A stretch of DNA of 64,000 nucleotides from an uncultured Actinomycetes bacterium (GCA_963704725.1 OY969934.1:1184001-1248000), one strand, 5' to 3'. Shown: positions 38,553-48,861, counted from the first letter of the stretch. Numbers and translations: made by a program. The notes: generated from the letters alone by a model not told the origin.

Positions 38553-39848
38553 TCAGGCCATCTCGCCCGCGTGATAACGCCGGAACGCCGGGACGGCCAG
38601 CGCGACGAGCCCGGCACCGGCCAGGGACAGCAGCCCGCCGGAGACCACCGAGATCGTGGGCGTGAAGGCCGACGCGACGAGGCCGGCCTCGAGGTCCCCC
38701 AGGCGCGGGCCGCCTGTCACCACGAGGATGTGGATCTGCGAGAGGCGGCCGCGCAGGGCGTCGGGCACCGTCACCTGCAGGATCGTGTTGCGGAACACGG
38801 CGGAGATCACGTCGGCCCCGCCGGCGAACGCGAGGCACAGCAGCGCCAGCCACAACCGGTCGCCGACGAGCCCGAACGCCGTGATGCCCGCGCCCCACAG
38901 CGCGACCGACCAGATCACCGCCAGTCCCTGATGGCGGACGCGACCCACCCAGCCGGTCGTCAGCGCGGCTACAAGGGCGCCCGCCGCCGGCGCCGCGAGG
39001 AGGAAGCCGACGATCGCCTCGCCACGGTGGAACTGCAAGACCGCGAGGAACGTGTACAGCGCCCGGGGCAGGCCGAACACCATGGCGATGACGTCGATGA
39101 CGAACGTCGACTGGAGCACCGGGCGGCCCCGGAGATAGGCGAAGCCCTCGCGGACCGCGGGCCATCCGGTGGGAGCGCCGGGGACGCGGTCCGGGGGCAT
39201 CCGGGGCAGGCGGATCGCCGCCCACAGCATGGCCAGGGCGCTCACGAGGTCGACGCCGTACGCCCACGGGAGGTCGTACCGGGCGATCACGATCCCCGCG
39301 ACGGCGGGACCGGCCAGCGCCGTGGCGTTGAAGACGACCTGGTTCAGCGCGGCGGCCGCGGGGAGCAGATCGACGCCGATCAGCCGCGGCGTCATCGCGG
39401 TCCGCACCGGCGAGTTGATCGACGACTCGGCCGCCAGCAGCGCGACCGCGGTGTAGATGACCCAGAGGGGCGGATGCCGATGGAACGCTCCGGCCAGGAG
39501 GATGCCGACCGCGACCATGTACGTCAGCTGCGCGACGACGAGCGTCGAACGCCGGTCGTAGACGTCCACGAACGTCGCGCCGACCAGCGTGCCCAGGATC
39601 AGCGCGACGAGGCCGACGAGGCCCGTCATCCCCACCGCGACCGGCGAGTGCGTCAGGCGGTAGACCTGGATGAGGATCGCGACGAGCGTGAACTGGTAGC
39701 CGAACCCCCAGAAGAGCAGCCCGAGCCACAGTCGCCGGAAGTCCTTCGACGCTCGCAGCGGCGACAGATCGACCGCGATCCGGCGAACCCAGCCGCCCAC
39801 CCCGGCGTTCGGAGGCGGTGCGATCGGCTCGGGCGCCTCCGAGGACAT
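38553..39848 (-). CDS. MFS transporter (EntS-like)
   Basis: About 12 TM helices, DLSPLR..DFRRLW, DVYDRR, PDALRGRL, GGPRLGD. Confidence 0.88.
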   Translation of the reverse strand: MSSEAPEPIAPPPNAGVGGWVRRIAVDLSPLRASKDFRRLWLGLLFWGFGYQFTLVAILIQVYRLTHSPVAVGMTGLVGLVALILGTLVGATFVDVYDRRSTLVVAQLTYMVAVGILLAGAFHRHPPLWVIYTAVALLAAESSINSPVRTAMTPRLIGVDLLPAAAALNQVVFNATALAGPAVAGIVIARYDLPWAYGVDLVSALAMLWAAIRLPRMPPDRVPGAPTGWPAVREGFAYLRGRPVLQSTFVIDVIAMVFGLPRALYTFLAVLQFHRGEAIVGFLLAAPAAGALVAALTTGWVGRVRHQGLAVIWSVALWGAGITAFGLVGDRLWLALLCLAFAGGADVISAVFRNTILQVTVPDALRGRLSQIHILVVTGGPRLGDLEAGLVASAFTPTISVVSGGLLSLAGAGLVALAVPAFRRYHAGEMA

Positions 39849-39894
39849 GGGCCGACGCTAGCAGGCGCGCCCGGCCGAGCTTGGGTCGCAGGCC

Positions 39895-41235
39895 CTACGC
39901 GGATTCGGCGGCGATCGCCTCGTCGAGCACGGCCAGGCCCTCCTCGAGGAGGCCCTCGTCGATCGTGATCGGGGGAAGGAGCCGGATCACGTTGTCGTAC
40001 GTGCCCGCCTTCAGGATCACCACCCCGTTCTCCAGGCAGCGGCGCACGATCCGCGAGCCGGCGGCGCCGTCGAGGGGCTCCTTCGTGGTGCGATCGGCCA
40101 CCAGCTCGATCGCGTTCATCAGGCCGCGGCCGCGCACGTCGCCGATCATCCGGTGGCGGACCTGCATCTCGGCCAGGGTCGATCGCATCTGCACGCCGAG
40201 CGTGCGCGAGCGCTCGAGCAGGCCCTCGCGCTCGATCTGGTCAAGGACCGCGAGCGCCGCCGCGGCGGCGACGGGGTTGCCGCCGTAGGTTCCCCCCAGC
40301 GCCCCGACGTGCGCCGCATCCATGATGTCCGCGCGACCGGTGACCGCGCTGATGGGCAGCCCGCCGCCGAGCGACTTGGCGCTCGTGACGACGTCGGGCA
40401 CGACGCCCTCGTCCTCGATGGCGAACCACCGGCCGGCCCGTCCCATCCCGCTCTGGATCTCGTCCGCGACGAACACGATGCCGTGCTCCCGGCAGAACGC
40501 GGCGAGACCCTCGAGGAAGCCCGGCGCCGGGACGATGAAGCCGCCCTCGCCCTGGATCGGCTCGACGATCACGGCCGCGATGTTCTCCTCGCCGATGTGC
40601 TTGTGCATCTCGTCCCTCGCGTACGCCAGGGCCTCCTCCGCGGCCCGGTCCGGGCCGCCCGGCCAGCGGTACGGATACGCGTACGGCAGGCGGTAGATCT
40701 CCGGAGCGAACGGCCCCATGCCCTGCTTGTACGGCATCACCTTGGCGGTGAGGGACATCGCCATGAACGTCCGCCCGTGGAACGCGTGGTCGAACGTGAC
40801 GATCGCGGAGCGCCCCGTGGCCCTCCGGGCGATCTTCACCGCGTTCTCGACCGCCTCGGCGCCCGAGTTGGCGAGCATCGTCTTCTTCGCGAAGTCGCCC
40901 GGAACGATGGCGTTCAGGCGCTCGGCGAGCTCGATGTACGGCTCGTTCGCCGTCACGTGGAAGCAGGAGTGGGTGTCGAGCTCGAGCTGCCGTTGCGCCG
41001 CTCGCACGACCTCCGGCGCCGTGTGGCCGACGTTCAGCACGGCGATGCCGGTGGCGAAGTCGATGAGACGGTTGCCGTCGACGTCCTCGATGATCGAGCC
41101 GGAGGCGCGGGCGGTGACGATCGGATGCATGTTCGACACGCCGAGCGGCACGGCCCTGGCCCGGCGCTCGAACCACTCCCGCGACCGCGGTCCGGGGATC
41201 TCCGTGACGACCTTGCGCTCCTGCGGGATGTCCAT
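39895..41235 (-). CDS. gabT: 4-aminobutyrate--2-oxoglutarate aminotransferase
   Basis: DVDGNRLIDFATGIAV, NSGAEAVENAVKIAR, FHGRT, EPIQGEGG, DEIQSG, PLP lysine in SAKSLGGG, GGTYGGNP; SD GAGGAGG. Confidence 0.92.
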   Translation of the reverse strand: MDIPQERKVVTEIPGPRSREWFERRARAVPLGVSNMHPIVTARASGSIIEDVDGNRLIDFATGIAVLNVGHTAPEVVRAAQRQLELDTHSCFHVTANEPYIELAERLNAIVPGDFAKKTMLANSGAEAVENAVKIARRATGRSAIVTFDHAFHGRTFMAMSLTAKVMPYKQGMGPFAPEIYRLPYAYPYRWPGGPDRAAEEALAYARDEMHKHIGEENIAAVIVEPIQGEGGFIVPAPGFLEGLAAFCREHGIVFVADEIQSGMGRAGRWFAIEDEGVVPDVVTSAKSLGGGLPISAVTGRADIMDAAHVGALGGTYGGNPVAAAAALAVLDQIEREGLLERSRTLGVQMRSTLAEMQVRHRMIGDVRGRGLMNAIELVADRTTKEPLDGAAGSRIVRRCLENGVVILKAGTYDNVIRLLPPITIDEGLLEEGLAVLDEAIAAESA

Positions 41236-41326
41236 CGGTGGCCTCCTCAGCGCTCCGCGTGACGAGTGTGCCCGTCCGCCGGGCGGCCTGTCAGGCCGTT
41301 CCCCGACCAAGGAGGCCGAGCCGGTT

Positions 41327-41396
41327 TGTACGGCCCGTCCACGTGGCCCCACCGGGGCGGCCGTTCGACGGCAGGGTTCTGTACGGTTCGTACAAT
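41327..41396. promoter_or_regulatory. Two candidate PucR-family operator palindromes, the second overlapping the pucR -10
   Basis: TGTACG-gcc-CGTCCA (41327-41341) and perfect TGTACG-gtt-CGTACA (41380-41394); TACAAT at 41391-41396. Confidence 0.6.
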
Positions 41397-41402
41397 CGGG
41401 GC

Positions 41403-42953
41403 GTGGCCCTCACCGTCGGCGACATCCTGCGCGTCCCCGGGCTCGCGCTCCGGCTCGTCGCCGGGGAGGCGAGCCTGTCCCGCCCGGTCCGGTGGGTCCA
41501 CAGCTCCGAGCTCGAGGACCCCACGCCATGGCTGAAGGGCGGGGAGCTTCTGCTCACCACCGGGGCGGGGATCGGTGTGTCGCCCGCCAAGCAGCGCGCC
41601 TACGTCCAGCGCCTGTCCGCCGCCGGCCTGGCGGGCCTGGGGTTCGGCCTGGGCTTCGGCCACGACAAGGTCCCGCGTGGGCTGATCACCGCGGCAGAGC
41701 AGGCCGCGTTCCCCTTGTTCGAGGTGCCCTACCCGGTCCCGTTCATCGCGATCACCGAGGCCGTCTTCACGCGCCTGCTCTCCGAGCAGTACGACATGCT
41801 GCAGCGGGCCGTGGATGCCGAGCACGTGTTGACGCGGGCCGTGCTGGACGGCGGCGGCCTCGCCGCCATCGCCTCGTCGCTGGCGCGCGTGACCGGGGGG
41901 TGGGTGCTCCTGCTCGACCTGCACGGCGTCCCGCTGGCCGAGACGTCGGCCGCCGCCCGCCAGCGGGCGCCGCGGATCTGGGAGGAGCTGCGCAGCACGC
42001 GTCCCGAGGCCACCGGGTTCAGCCTGACCCTCGTCGACCGCGGCCAGAGCGTGTGGGTCCAGCCGGTCGGCGCCCAGGGCCGGACCGAGGCGTTCCTCGC
42101 CGTCGGCGCGCTCGAGCCCCTGTCACAGGTCGATCGCATCGTCTGCGGCCACGCGCTGTCCCTGTTCGCCATCGAGATGGCCAAGTCCCGGGCGGTGGCC
42201 GAGGCCGAGCATCGGCTCCAGGGAGACTTCTTCGACGCGCTCACCCGGGGGACGATCCCGCCCGGCGACGTCACCCGGGGGCTGGCGCGGTTCGGGTTCC
42301 CCCGCGACGGCCGGGTGGTGGTCGTCGCGCTCGAGACGTCCGGCGATGTCGAGGCCCTGGCCTACGCGGCCGAGGACCGGCTCTCGCGGGCCGGCGGGCC
42401 CTTCCTCGTCTCCGGCGGCGATCGGGAGGTGGACGTGCTCGTCCCGTCGGACCACGCGCTCGGCGTCCGGGAGCTCCGCGTGAGCGTCGCCGAGCGGTTC
42501 GGGGGCGCCGACCTGCGGGCGGGGGCCGGCGGGGCCGTCGCGCCCGCCGAGGCCGGGCGGAGCCTCCGGGAGGCGCGCTACGCGCTGCAGGTGTGCCGGC
42601 TCGAGGGGTGGGAGGCGGCCGGGTTCGAGGACCTGGGGACGTACCGGCTGCTGCTGTCGATGACGGACCCCGACGCGCTCCGGGCCTTCGCCGACTCCCT
42701 GCTCGAGCGGATCGACGCCTACGACCTCGAGCACGGAGGCGAGCTGCAGGCCTCGCTCCGGGCGTTCCTGCAGCACAACGCGAGGTGGGAGACCGCCGCC
42801 GCCGACCTGTACGTGCACCGGCACACGCTGCGCTACCGCATGCGCAAGGTCGAAGAGCTCACCGGGCGCGATCTCTCCTCGAGCTTCGACCGCATGGAGT
42901 TCTGGCTCGCGCTGCGCGCGCGCGAGCTGCTCGCCACGCCCCCGGACGCCTGA
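41403..42953 (+). CDS. PucR/CdaR family transcriptional regulator
   Basis: VRWVHSSELEDPTPWLKGGELLLTTG ligand domain; C-terminal HTH AAADLYVHRHTLRYRM. Confidence 0.93.
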   Translation: MALTVGDILRVPGLALRLVAGEASLSRPVRWVHSSELEDPTPWLKGGELLLTTGAGIGVSPAKQRAYVQRLSAAGLAGLGFGLGFGHDKVPRGLITAAEQAAFPLFEVPYPVPFIAITEAVFTRLLSEQYDMLQRAVDAEHVLTRAVLDGGGLAAIASSLARVTGGWVLLLDLHGVPLAETSAAARQRAPRIWEELRSTRPEATGFSLTLVDRGQSVWVQPVGAQGRTEAFLAVGALEPLSQVDRIVCGHALSLFAIEMAKSRAVAEAEHRLQGDFFDALTRGTIPPGDVTRGLARFGFPRDGRVVVVALETSGDVEALAYAAEDRLSRAGGPFLVSGGDREVDVLVPSDHALGVRELRVSVAERFGGADLRAGAGGAVAPAEAGRSLREARYALQVCRLEGWEAAGFEDLGTYRLLLSMTDPDALRAFADSLLERIDAYDLEHGGELQASLRAFLQHNARWETAAADLYVHRHTLRYRMRKVEELTGRDLSSSFDRMEFWLALRARELLATPPDA

Positions 42954-42968
42954 GGCCGGCCGGCCCCG

Positions 42969-44471
42969 CTATCCGCGCCCGCCGCCCATGACGGCGCCGT
43001 GCCAGTCCTTCTTCGCCTTCCCCGAGATGTCGGCCATCACGTGCCGCACCGTGGTGAACTCCTCGATGGCGTACTGGGACATGTCCTTGCCGAAGCCCGA
43101 CTGCTTCACGCCGCCGTGCGGCATCTCCGACACGATCGGGATGTGGTCGTTGATCCACGTGTTCCCGAACTCGAGGCGTCGCGAGGCGTCGAGCGCGCGG
43201 TAGACGTCCCGGGTCCACACCGAGCTCGACAGCCCGTACGCGCAGTCGTTGGCCAGGGCGATCGCCTCGTCGTCCCGCTGGAAGGGGAGCGCCACGAGCA
43301 CGGGGCCGAACACCTCCTGCTGCACGATCTCCGAGTCCTGCGCCGCGTCCACGACGACCGTGGGCTCGAAGTACCAGCCCCGGTCCGTGCCCGGCGCCGC
43401 CGGCCGGGACCCGCCGGCGACGACCTTGGCCCCGGCGGCCCGCGCACGCCCGACGAACCCCTCGACGCGGTCGCGCTGGGCCGACGTGATGAGCGGCCCC
43501 ATGTCGGTGGCCGCGTCGAGGGTCGGCCCGACGGTGAGGTCGCGGGCCAGGTCGGCCACGGCGGCCACGAAGTCCTCGAACAGCGGCTGCTGCACGTACG
43601 CCCTGGTGGCCGCGGTGCAATCCTGCCCGCAGTTGATCGTCGAGCCGGCGATCGCGCCCCTGGCGGCCGCCTCGAGGTCCGCGTCGTCGAACACGATGAA
43701 CGGCGCCTTCCCCCCGAGCTCGAGGTGCACGCGCTTCACGCCGTCGGCGGCCGCCCGCATCACGCGCTTGCCGGTCTCGGTGTCGCCGGTGACGCAGACC
43801 ATGCGGACGTCGGGATGCGCGATCAGCGCGGGCCCGATCTCCGCGCCCCGTCCCGTGACGACGTTGAGCACGCCGGGCGGCAGGCCGGCCTCGGCGCAGA
43901 TCTCGGCCAGCTCGAACGCCGACAGCGGCGTCTCCGTGGCCGGCTTCATGACCACGGTGTTGCCCGCGGCGAGCGCCGGGAAGATCTTCCACACCTCGAT
44001 CTGGAACGGGTAGTTCCACGGACAGATCGCGACGACGACGCCGAGCGGGTCGCGACGCAGGAAGCTCAGGTGGTCGGGGGAGTACTCGCCGGCGGCCTTG
44101 CCCTCGAGCGTTCTCGCCGCGCCGGCGAAGAACCGCACGTTGTCGGCCCCGAAGGGGATGTCGAAGTTCGTCGTGAGCCTGATCGGCTTCCCGGCGTCGA
44201 TCGACTCGAGCCGGGCGAGCCCCTCGAGCCGCTCCTCGATGAGATCGGCCACCCTGAGCAGGACGCGGGCGCGGTCGGCCGGGGGGATGCGGCTCCACCG
44301 CCCGTCACTGAATGCCTCGCTCGCGGCCTCCACCGCCAGGGTCGCGTCGGCGGGCCCCCCGGCGGCGATCGTCGCGACCCGCTCCCCGGTCGAGGGATCG
44401 GTCACCGGCAACCGCTCGGCCGAGGTGCCCGGCACCCACCGTCCCCCGATGAACAGCTCGAGCTCACGCAT
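42969..44471 (-). CDS. Aminobutyraldehyde/betaine-aldehyde dehydrogenase-like ALDH
   Basis: [20 protein letters not shown], catalytic GQDCTA, EVFGPV, EMPHGGVKQSGFGKDMS; SD AAGGAGG. Confidence 0.9.
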   Translation of the reverse strand: MRELELFIGGRWVPGTSAERLPVTDPSTGERVATIAAGGPADATLAVEAASEAFSDGRWSRIPPADRARVLLRVADLIEERLEGLARLESIDAGKPIRLTTNFDIPFGADNVRFFAGAARTLEGKAAGEYSPDHLSFLRRDPLGVVVAICPWNYPFQIEVWKIFPALAAGNTVVMKPATETPLSAFELAEICAEAGLPPGVLNVVTGRGAEIGPALIAHPDVRMVCVTGDTETGKRVMRAAADGVKRVHLELGGKAPFIVFDDADLEAAARGAIAGSTINCGQDCTAATRAYVQQPLFEDFVAAVADLARDLTVGPTLDAATDMGPLITSAQRDRVEGFVGRARAAGAKVVAGGSRPAAPGTDRGWYFEPTVVVDAAQDSEIVQQEVFGPVLVALPFQRDDEAIALANDCAYGLSSSVWTRDVYRALDASRRLEFGNTWINDHIPIVSEMPHGGVKQSGFGKDMSQYAIEEFTTVRHVMADISGKAKKDWHGAVMGGGRG

Positions 44472-44626
44472 CGTCGGTCCTCCTTGGCGTCCGTCGCGAG
44501 GACCCCGCCGCGGGTGGGGACCTCTCGCGGCCGAGCCTAGGAACGGGGCGAAGCGCCGGACAGGGACGTTGGGCCCGCCGCCCGCCGCCGCGAGACCTTG
44601 CAGGGCCGTGCTCGGTCGGAGTGGGG

Positions 44627-44661
44627 CCCACCGGGGCGGGGAGGGATGGACCGACCGTACA
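44627..44661. promoter_or_regulatory. Third candidate PucR operator between the divergent ALDH genes
   Basis: TGGACC-gac-CGTACA (44647-44661) next to CCCACCGGGGCGG (44627-44639); the same 13-mer occurs at 41348-41360. Confidence 0.55.
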
Positions 44662-44780
44662 GGCCGGCGCCGGTGCGTGGCCGGTGTGGCGGGTGGCTCG
44701 CGCGCGGGGTGGTTGGGCATACTTGGGCTGTTCCGGCGTTCGGCGACCCGGGCTCGAGGCCCGACCGAGGAGGAGGATCG

Positions 44781-46226
44781 ATGGCCACCGAGAACAAGAC
44801 GTGGCAGCAGTACATCGGCGGGCGATGGGTGGGCTCGGGCATGGGCGAGAGCGAGCCCGACATCAACCCGGCCACCGCTCAGAGCGTCGGGACGATCCAG
44901 GTGGGGACGCGCGAGGATGCCGACGCGGCGGTCGCGGCGGCGCAGAAGGCGTTCGACGAGGTCTGGTTCGACACGCCGCCGAAGGAGCGCTCGGCGATGA
45001 TGTTCAAGCTCGCCGACGCCATGGAGGCCGACGCCGAGAACCTGGCGCAACTCGAGGCCGAGGACGTCGGCAAGCCGATCTCGGTCTCTCGCGCCGACGT
45101 GCCCTTCATCATCGACAACCTCCGCTTCTTCGCCGGCGCGGCCAGGCACCTCGAGGGCAAGTCCACCGGCGAGTACGAGAAGGGCTTCACGAGCATGATC
45201 CGCCGCGAGCCGCTCGGCGTGACCGCGGGCATCTGCCCGTGGAACTACCCGCTCATGATGGCGATCTGGAAGCTCGGCCCCGCCCTCGCCGCCGGGAACA
45301 CGTCGGTCCTCAAGCCGGCGGAGATCACGCCGCGGACGACGCTGCGCGTCGCCGAGCTGTCGCAGGACATCCTGCCGCCCGGCGTGCTGAACGTGATCAC
45401 CGGGCACGGCTCGGAGATCGGCGACCAGCTGGTGAAGCACCCCCTGGTGCGGCTCGTCTCGGTCACGGGCGACACGGCGACCGGCAAGGTCATCGCGGCC
45501 AACGCCAGCGCGGCCAACGTCAAGCGGTGCCACCTGGAGCTCGGCGGCAAGGCCCCGGTCGTCGTGTTCGACGACGCCGATCTCGACAAGCTCGTGGAGA
45601 CGCTGAAGTTCGCCGGCTACACGAACACCGGGCAGGACTGCACGGCGTCGTGCCGCGTCGTGGCGGGGCCGGGGATCTACGAGGACCTGCTCTCCAGCCT
45701 CGTCCCGGTCGTGGAGTCGATCAAGGTCGGCGACATCGAGGACGAGGACGTCGAGATGGGGCCGCTGGTCTCGAGCGGCCAGCGCGAGAGCGTGGCGGGG
45801 TTCGTGGACCGGGCGCAGACCGCCGGGGCGAAGGTCCTCACAGGCGGTGAGGCTCTGGACCGGGCCGGCTTCTACTACAAGCCGACCATCGTCTCCGAGC
45901 CGGCCCAGGACGCCGAGATCGTCCAGAAGGAGGTCTTCGGTCCGGTCGTGACCGTGCAGCGGTTCGGCGACGAGGACCAAGCCGTGGCGTGGGCGAACGA
46001 CGTCGTCTACGGGCTCGCGTCGTCCGTGTGGACCCGGGACGCCGCGCGCGCGATGCGCGTGGCCCGTCGGCTCCAGTACGGCGCGGTGTGGGTCAACACC
46101 CACTTCATGATCACGGCCGAGATGCCGCACGGCGGCTACAAGGAGAGCGGGTACGGCAAGGACATGTCGATGTACTCGCTGGAGGATTACACCCAGATCA
46201 AGCACGTGATGTGGTCGCTCGACTGA
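44781..46226 (+). CDS. patD: 4-aminobutyraldehyde dehydrogenase (PatD/YdcW-like)
   Basis: [69 protein letters not shown]; SD GAGGAGGA. Confidence 0.8.
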   Translation: MATENKTWQQYIGGRWVGSGMGESEPDINPATAQSVGTIQVGTREDADAAVAAAQKAFDEVWFDTPPKERSAMMFKLADAMEADAENLAQLEAEDVGKPISVSRADVPFIIDNLRFFAGAARHLEGKSTGEYEKGFTSMIRREPLGVTAGICPWNYPLMMAIWKLGPALAAGNTSVLKPAEITPRTTLRVAELSQDILPPGVLNVITGHGSEIGDQLVKHPLVRLVSVTGDTATGKVIAANASAANVKRCHLELGGKAPVVVFDDADLDKLVETLKFAGYTNTGQDCTASCRVVAGPGIYEDLLSSLVPVVESIKVGDIEDEDVEMGPLVSSGQRESVAGFVDRAQTAGAKVLTGGEALDRAGFYYKPTIVSEPAQDAEIVQKEVFGPVVTVQRFGDEDQAVAWANDVVYGLASSVWTRDAARAMRVARRLQYGAVWVNTHFMITAEMPHGGYKESGYGKDMSMYSLEDYTQIKHVMWSLD

Positions 46227-46259
46227 CGACCCGTTCCGCGAACCCGAGGGGTGATGACG

Positions 46260-47684
46260 ATGACACGTCCGTTCCTGGTCAACGGTGAGTGGCGCACGGG
46301 TGAGGGGACGTTCGAGGTCCGGAGCCCGTACGACGACAGCGTGGTCGCCGACGTGGGGGTTCCCACCGCGGCCGACGTCGAGGAGGCCGTGGCGACGGCC
46401 GTCACCACGTTCCGCGAGTCGCGCCGCTTGCCGGTGCACGCGCGGGCCGACGCGCTCGACCACATCTCGGCCCGCCTCAAGGAGACGATCGACGAGAACG
46501 CCGAGCTCATCGCCAAGGAGGGCGGCAAGCCGCTCAAGTGGGCGAAGGTCGAGGCGACCCGGGCCGTCTCGACCTTCCGGTGGGCGTCCGAGGTCCTGCG
46601 CCACGGCGACGACGAGCTCATGCGCCTCGATACGGAGGCGTCGTTGGGCTCCCGGGTCGGTCTGCTCCGGCGGTTCGCGTTCGGGCCGGTGCTCGGCATC
46701 ACCCCGTTCAACTTCCCGCTGAACCTGGTGGCGCACAAGGTGGCGCCCGCGCTGGCCGTCGGCGCGCCGATCGTCGTCAAGCCCGCGTCGGCGACGCCGG
46801 TCGGCTCGCTCCGCCTGGCGGAGCTGTTCATGGAGACCGACCTGCCCAAAGGGATGTACCAGGTGCTCCCGGTCCGCAGCTCGGTCGCCGACGGGATGGC
46901 CCGGGACGAGCGCTTCCGCAAGATCAGCTTCACCGGCTCGTCGGACATCGGCTGGTACCTCAAGGGCCTCGACCCGAAGAAGCGGGTGACCCTCGAGCTC
47001 GGCGGAAACGCGGCGGTGATCGTGCACTCGGACGCCGACCTCGACCTCGCCGCTCAGCGGGTCGCGGTCGGCGGGTACTACCAGGCCGGCCAGAGCTGCA
47101 TCAGCGTCCAGCGGGTGCTCGTGCAGTCCGAGGTCTACGAGGACTTCGGGAACCGCCTCGTGAAGCAGGTCGAGAGCCTGAAGGTCGGCGACCCGATGGA
47201 CCCGACCGTCGACGTCGGCCCGGTGATCCAGCGCTCGGAGGTGGAGCGGATCGACGGCTGGGTGAAGGAGGCGGTCTCGCAGGGCGCGACCGTGCTGACC
47301 GGGGGCTCGGGCGAGGGTCCACTCTACCAGCCGACCCTCATCGCGGACGTGAACCCCGACATGAAGGTCTGCCGCGAGGAGATCTTCGGTCCGGTCGTCA
47401 CGATCAGCCCGTACCAGACGTTCGAGGAGGCGCTCGCGATCGTCAACGACTCGCGGTTCGGCCTGCAGGCCGGCGTGTTCACCAACGACATCAACCGGGC
47501 GTTCGAGGCCCATCGCTCGATCGAGGTGGGCGGCGTCATCATCAACGACGTGTCGGCGTACCGCGCGGACCAGATGCCGTACGGCGGCTCGAAGGACTCC
47601 GGCTTCGGCCGCGAGGGGCTGCGGTTCGCCATGGAGGAGATGACCGAGCCGCGGATCATGGTCCTTTCGCACGTCCCGCTGTGA
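46260..47684 (+). CDS. Aldehyde dehydrogenase family protein
   Basis: PFNFPLNLVAHK, FTGS, LELGGN, GQSCISVQR, EIFGPV, MPYGGSKDSGFGREG. Confidence 0.92.
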   Translation: MTRPFLVNGEWRTGEGTFEVRSPYDDSVVADVGVPTAADVEEAVATAVTTFRESRRLPVHARADALDHISARLKETIDENAELIAKEGGKPLKWAKVEATRAVSTFRWASEVLRHGDDELMRLDTEASLGSRVGLLRRFAFGPVLGITPFNFPLNLVAHKVAPALAVGAPIVVKPASATPVGSLRLAELFMETDLPKGMYQVLPVRSSVADGMARDERFRKISFTGSSDIGWYLKGLDPKKRVTLELGGNAAVIVHSDADLDLAAQRVAVGGYYQAGQSCISVQRVLVQSEVYEDFGNRLVKQVESLKVGDPMDPTVDVGPVIQRSEVERIDGWVKEAVSQGATVLTGGSGEGPLYQPTLIADVNPDMKVCREEIFGPVVTISPYQTFEEALAIVNDSRFGLQAGVFTNDINRAFEAHRSIEVGGVIINDVSAYRADQMPYGGSKDSGFGREGLRFAMEEMTEPRIMVLSHVPL

Positions 47685-47696
47685 TCGCGTCCTGAG

Positions 47697-48861
47697 GTGG
47701 GAACGCCGATCGCGGTCCTCGGGGCCGGCGCGATGGGGAGCGCGGCCGCGACGCTCCTCGCGCGCCACCGCGGCGAGGTGGACCTGCTCGTGCTCGACGT
47801 GGACGAGGGTCGCGCCCGCGCCGTCGCCGAGCGCGCCGGCGGCCGGGGACGGGGGTTCGACGCGCGTTCGGGCGAGCTGGCCGGGCTCCTGTCCGAGGTC
47901 CGCGCCGTGGCGGCCTGCCTCCCGTACCGCCTGAACCTCGAGGTGATGGAGGCGGCGCTCGCCGCCGGATGCCACTACGCGGATCTCGGGGGCCTGTTCC
48001 ACGTCACCCGGAAGCAGTGGGAGCTCCACGAGCGCTTCCGCGAGGCCGGCGTGTCGGCGGTGATGGGCATCGGGTCGGCGCCCGGGCTCACGAACGTCCT
48101 GGCCCGTCGCGCGGCGGACCGGCTCGACGTCGTGGTCTCGATCGACCTGGTCGACGGGGCGGTCGACCTGACCGCGGACGGCGGCGCCTTCGGCGTGCCG
48201 TACTCGCTCGACACCATCCTCGACGAGTTCACGGAGCCGGCGATGGTGTTCGAGGACGGGGAGCTGCGAGCGGTGCCGGCCGGGAGCGGGGTGGTCGACT
48301 GGACCTTCCCCGAGCCCGTCGGGGTGCAGCCCGCGATGTACACGCTCCACTCGGAGCCGGCCACGCTGCCTCGGACGATCGCCGGGGTTCGCGACGTCCG
48401 GTGGCGGCTCGCGCTGCCGCGCGCGGTGCACGACGGCTTCGCGCTCCTGGTCGGGGTGGGGCTCGCTTCGCGCGAACCCGTCGACACGCCGGGCGGGTCG
48501 GTGGCGCCGCGGGACCTGCTCGCCGCGGTGCTCGCCCGGCTCCCGGCCGACGACGCGCCGCCGCGGGACGTCGAGTTCCTCGACGTTCGGGCGACGGGGG
48601 AGCGGGGCGGAGCGACGGCCACCGTGCACGAGCTGGCCCGGTTCGACCCGGCGCCCGAGGGGCTGTCCGCAGGCGCGTTTCGGCACGGCGATCCCCATCG
48701 CCGTCTCCGTCCGGTGGCAGGCGGCCGGCCGCGTGCCGGCCGGCGTGCATCCGCCCGAGAGCGCGTTCGACCCCGAGGCGTTCGTCGCCGAGCTGGAGCG
48801 GGAGGGCGTCGGGTTCTCCACGGACGGCGCGGGTCGAGCGGAGGGCGCCCGGCCGTTCTAG
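47697..48861 (+). pseudogene. Saccharopine dehydrogenase-like oxidoreductase interrupted by a +1 frameshift (may be a sequencing error)
   Basis: GAGAMG Rossmann fold, HYADLGG, GSAPGLTNV, HSEPATL. Removing one T at 48678-48680 restores AFGTAIPIA..GVHPPESAFDPEAFVAELEREG, ending at TAG 48861. Confidence 0.75.

Noticed and set aside
42969-48821. 1950-aa minus-strand ORF
   Set aside because: Only the last ~500 aa (from ATG 44471, with SD) is an ALDH; the rest is the stop-free antisense shadow of plus-strand genes, as expected at this GC content.
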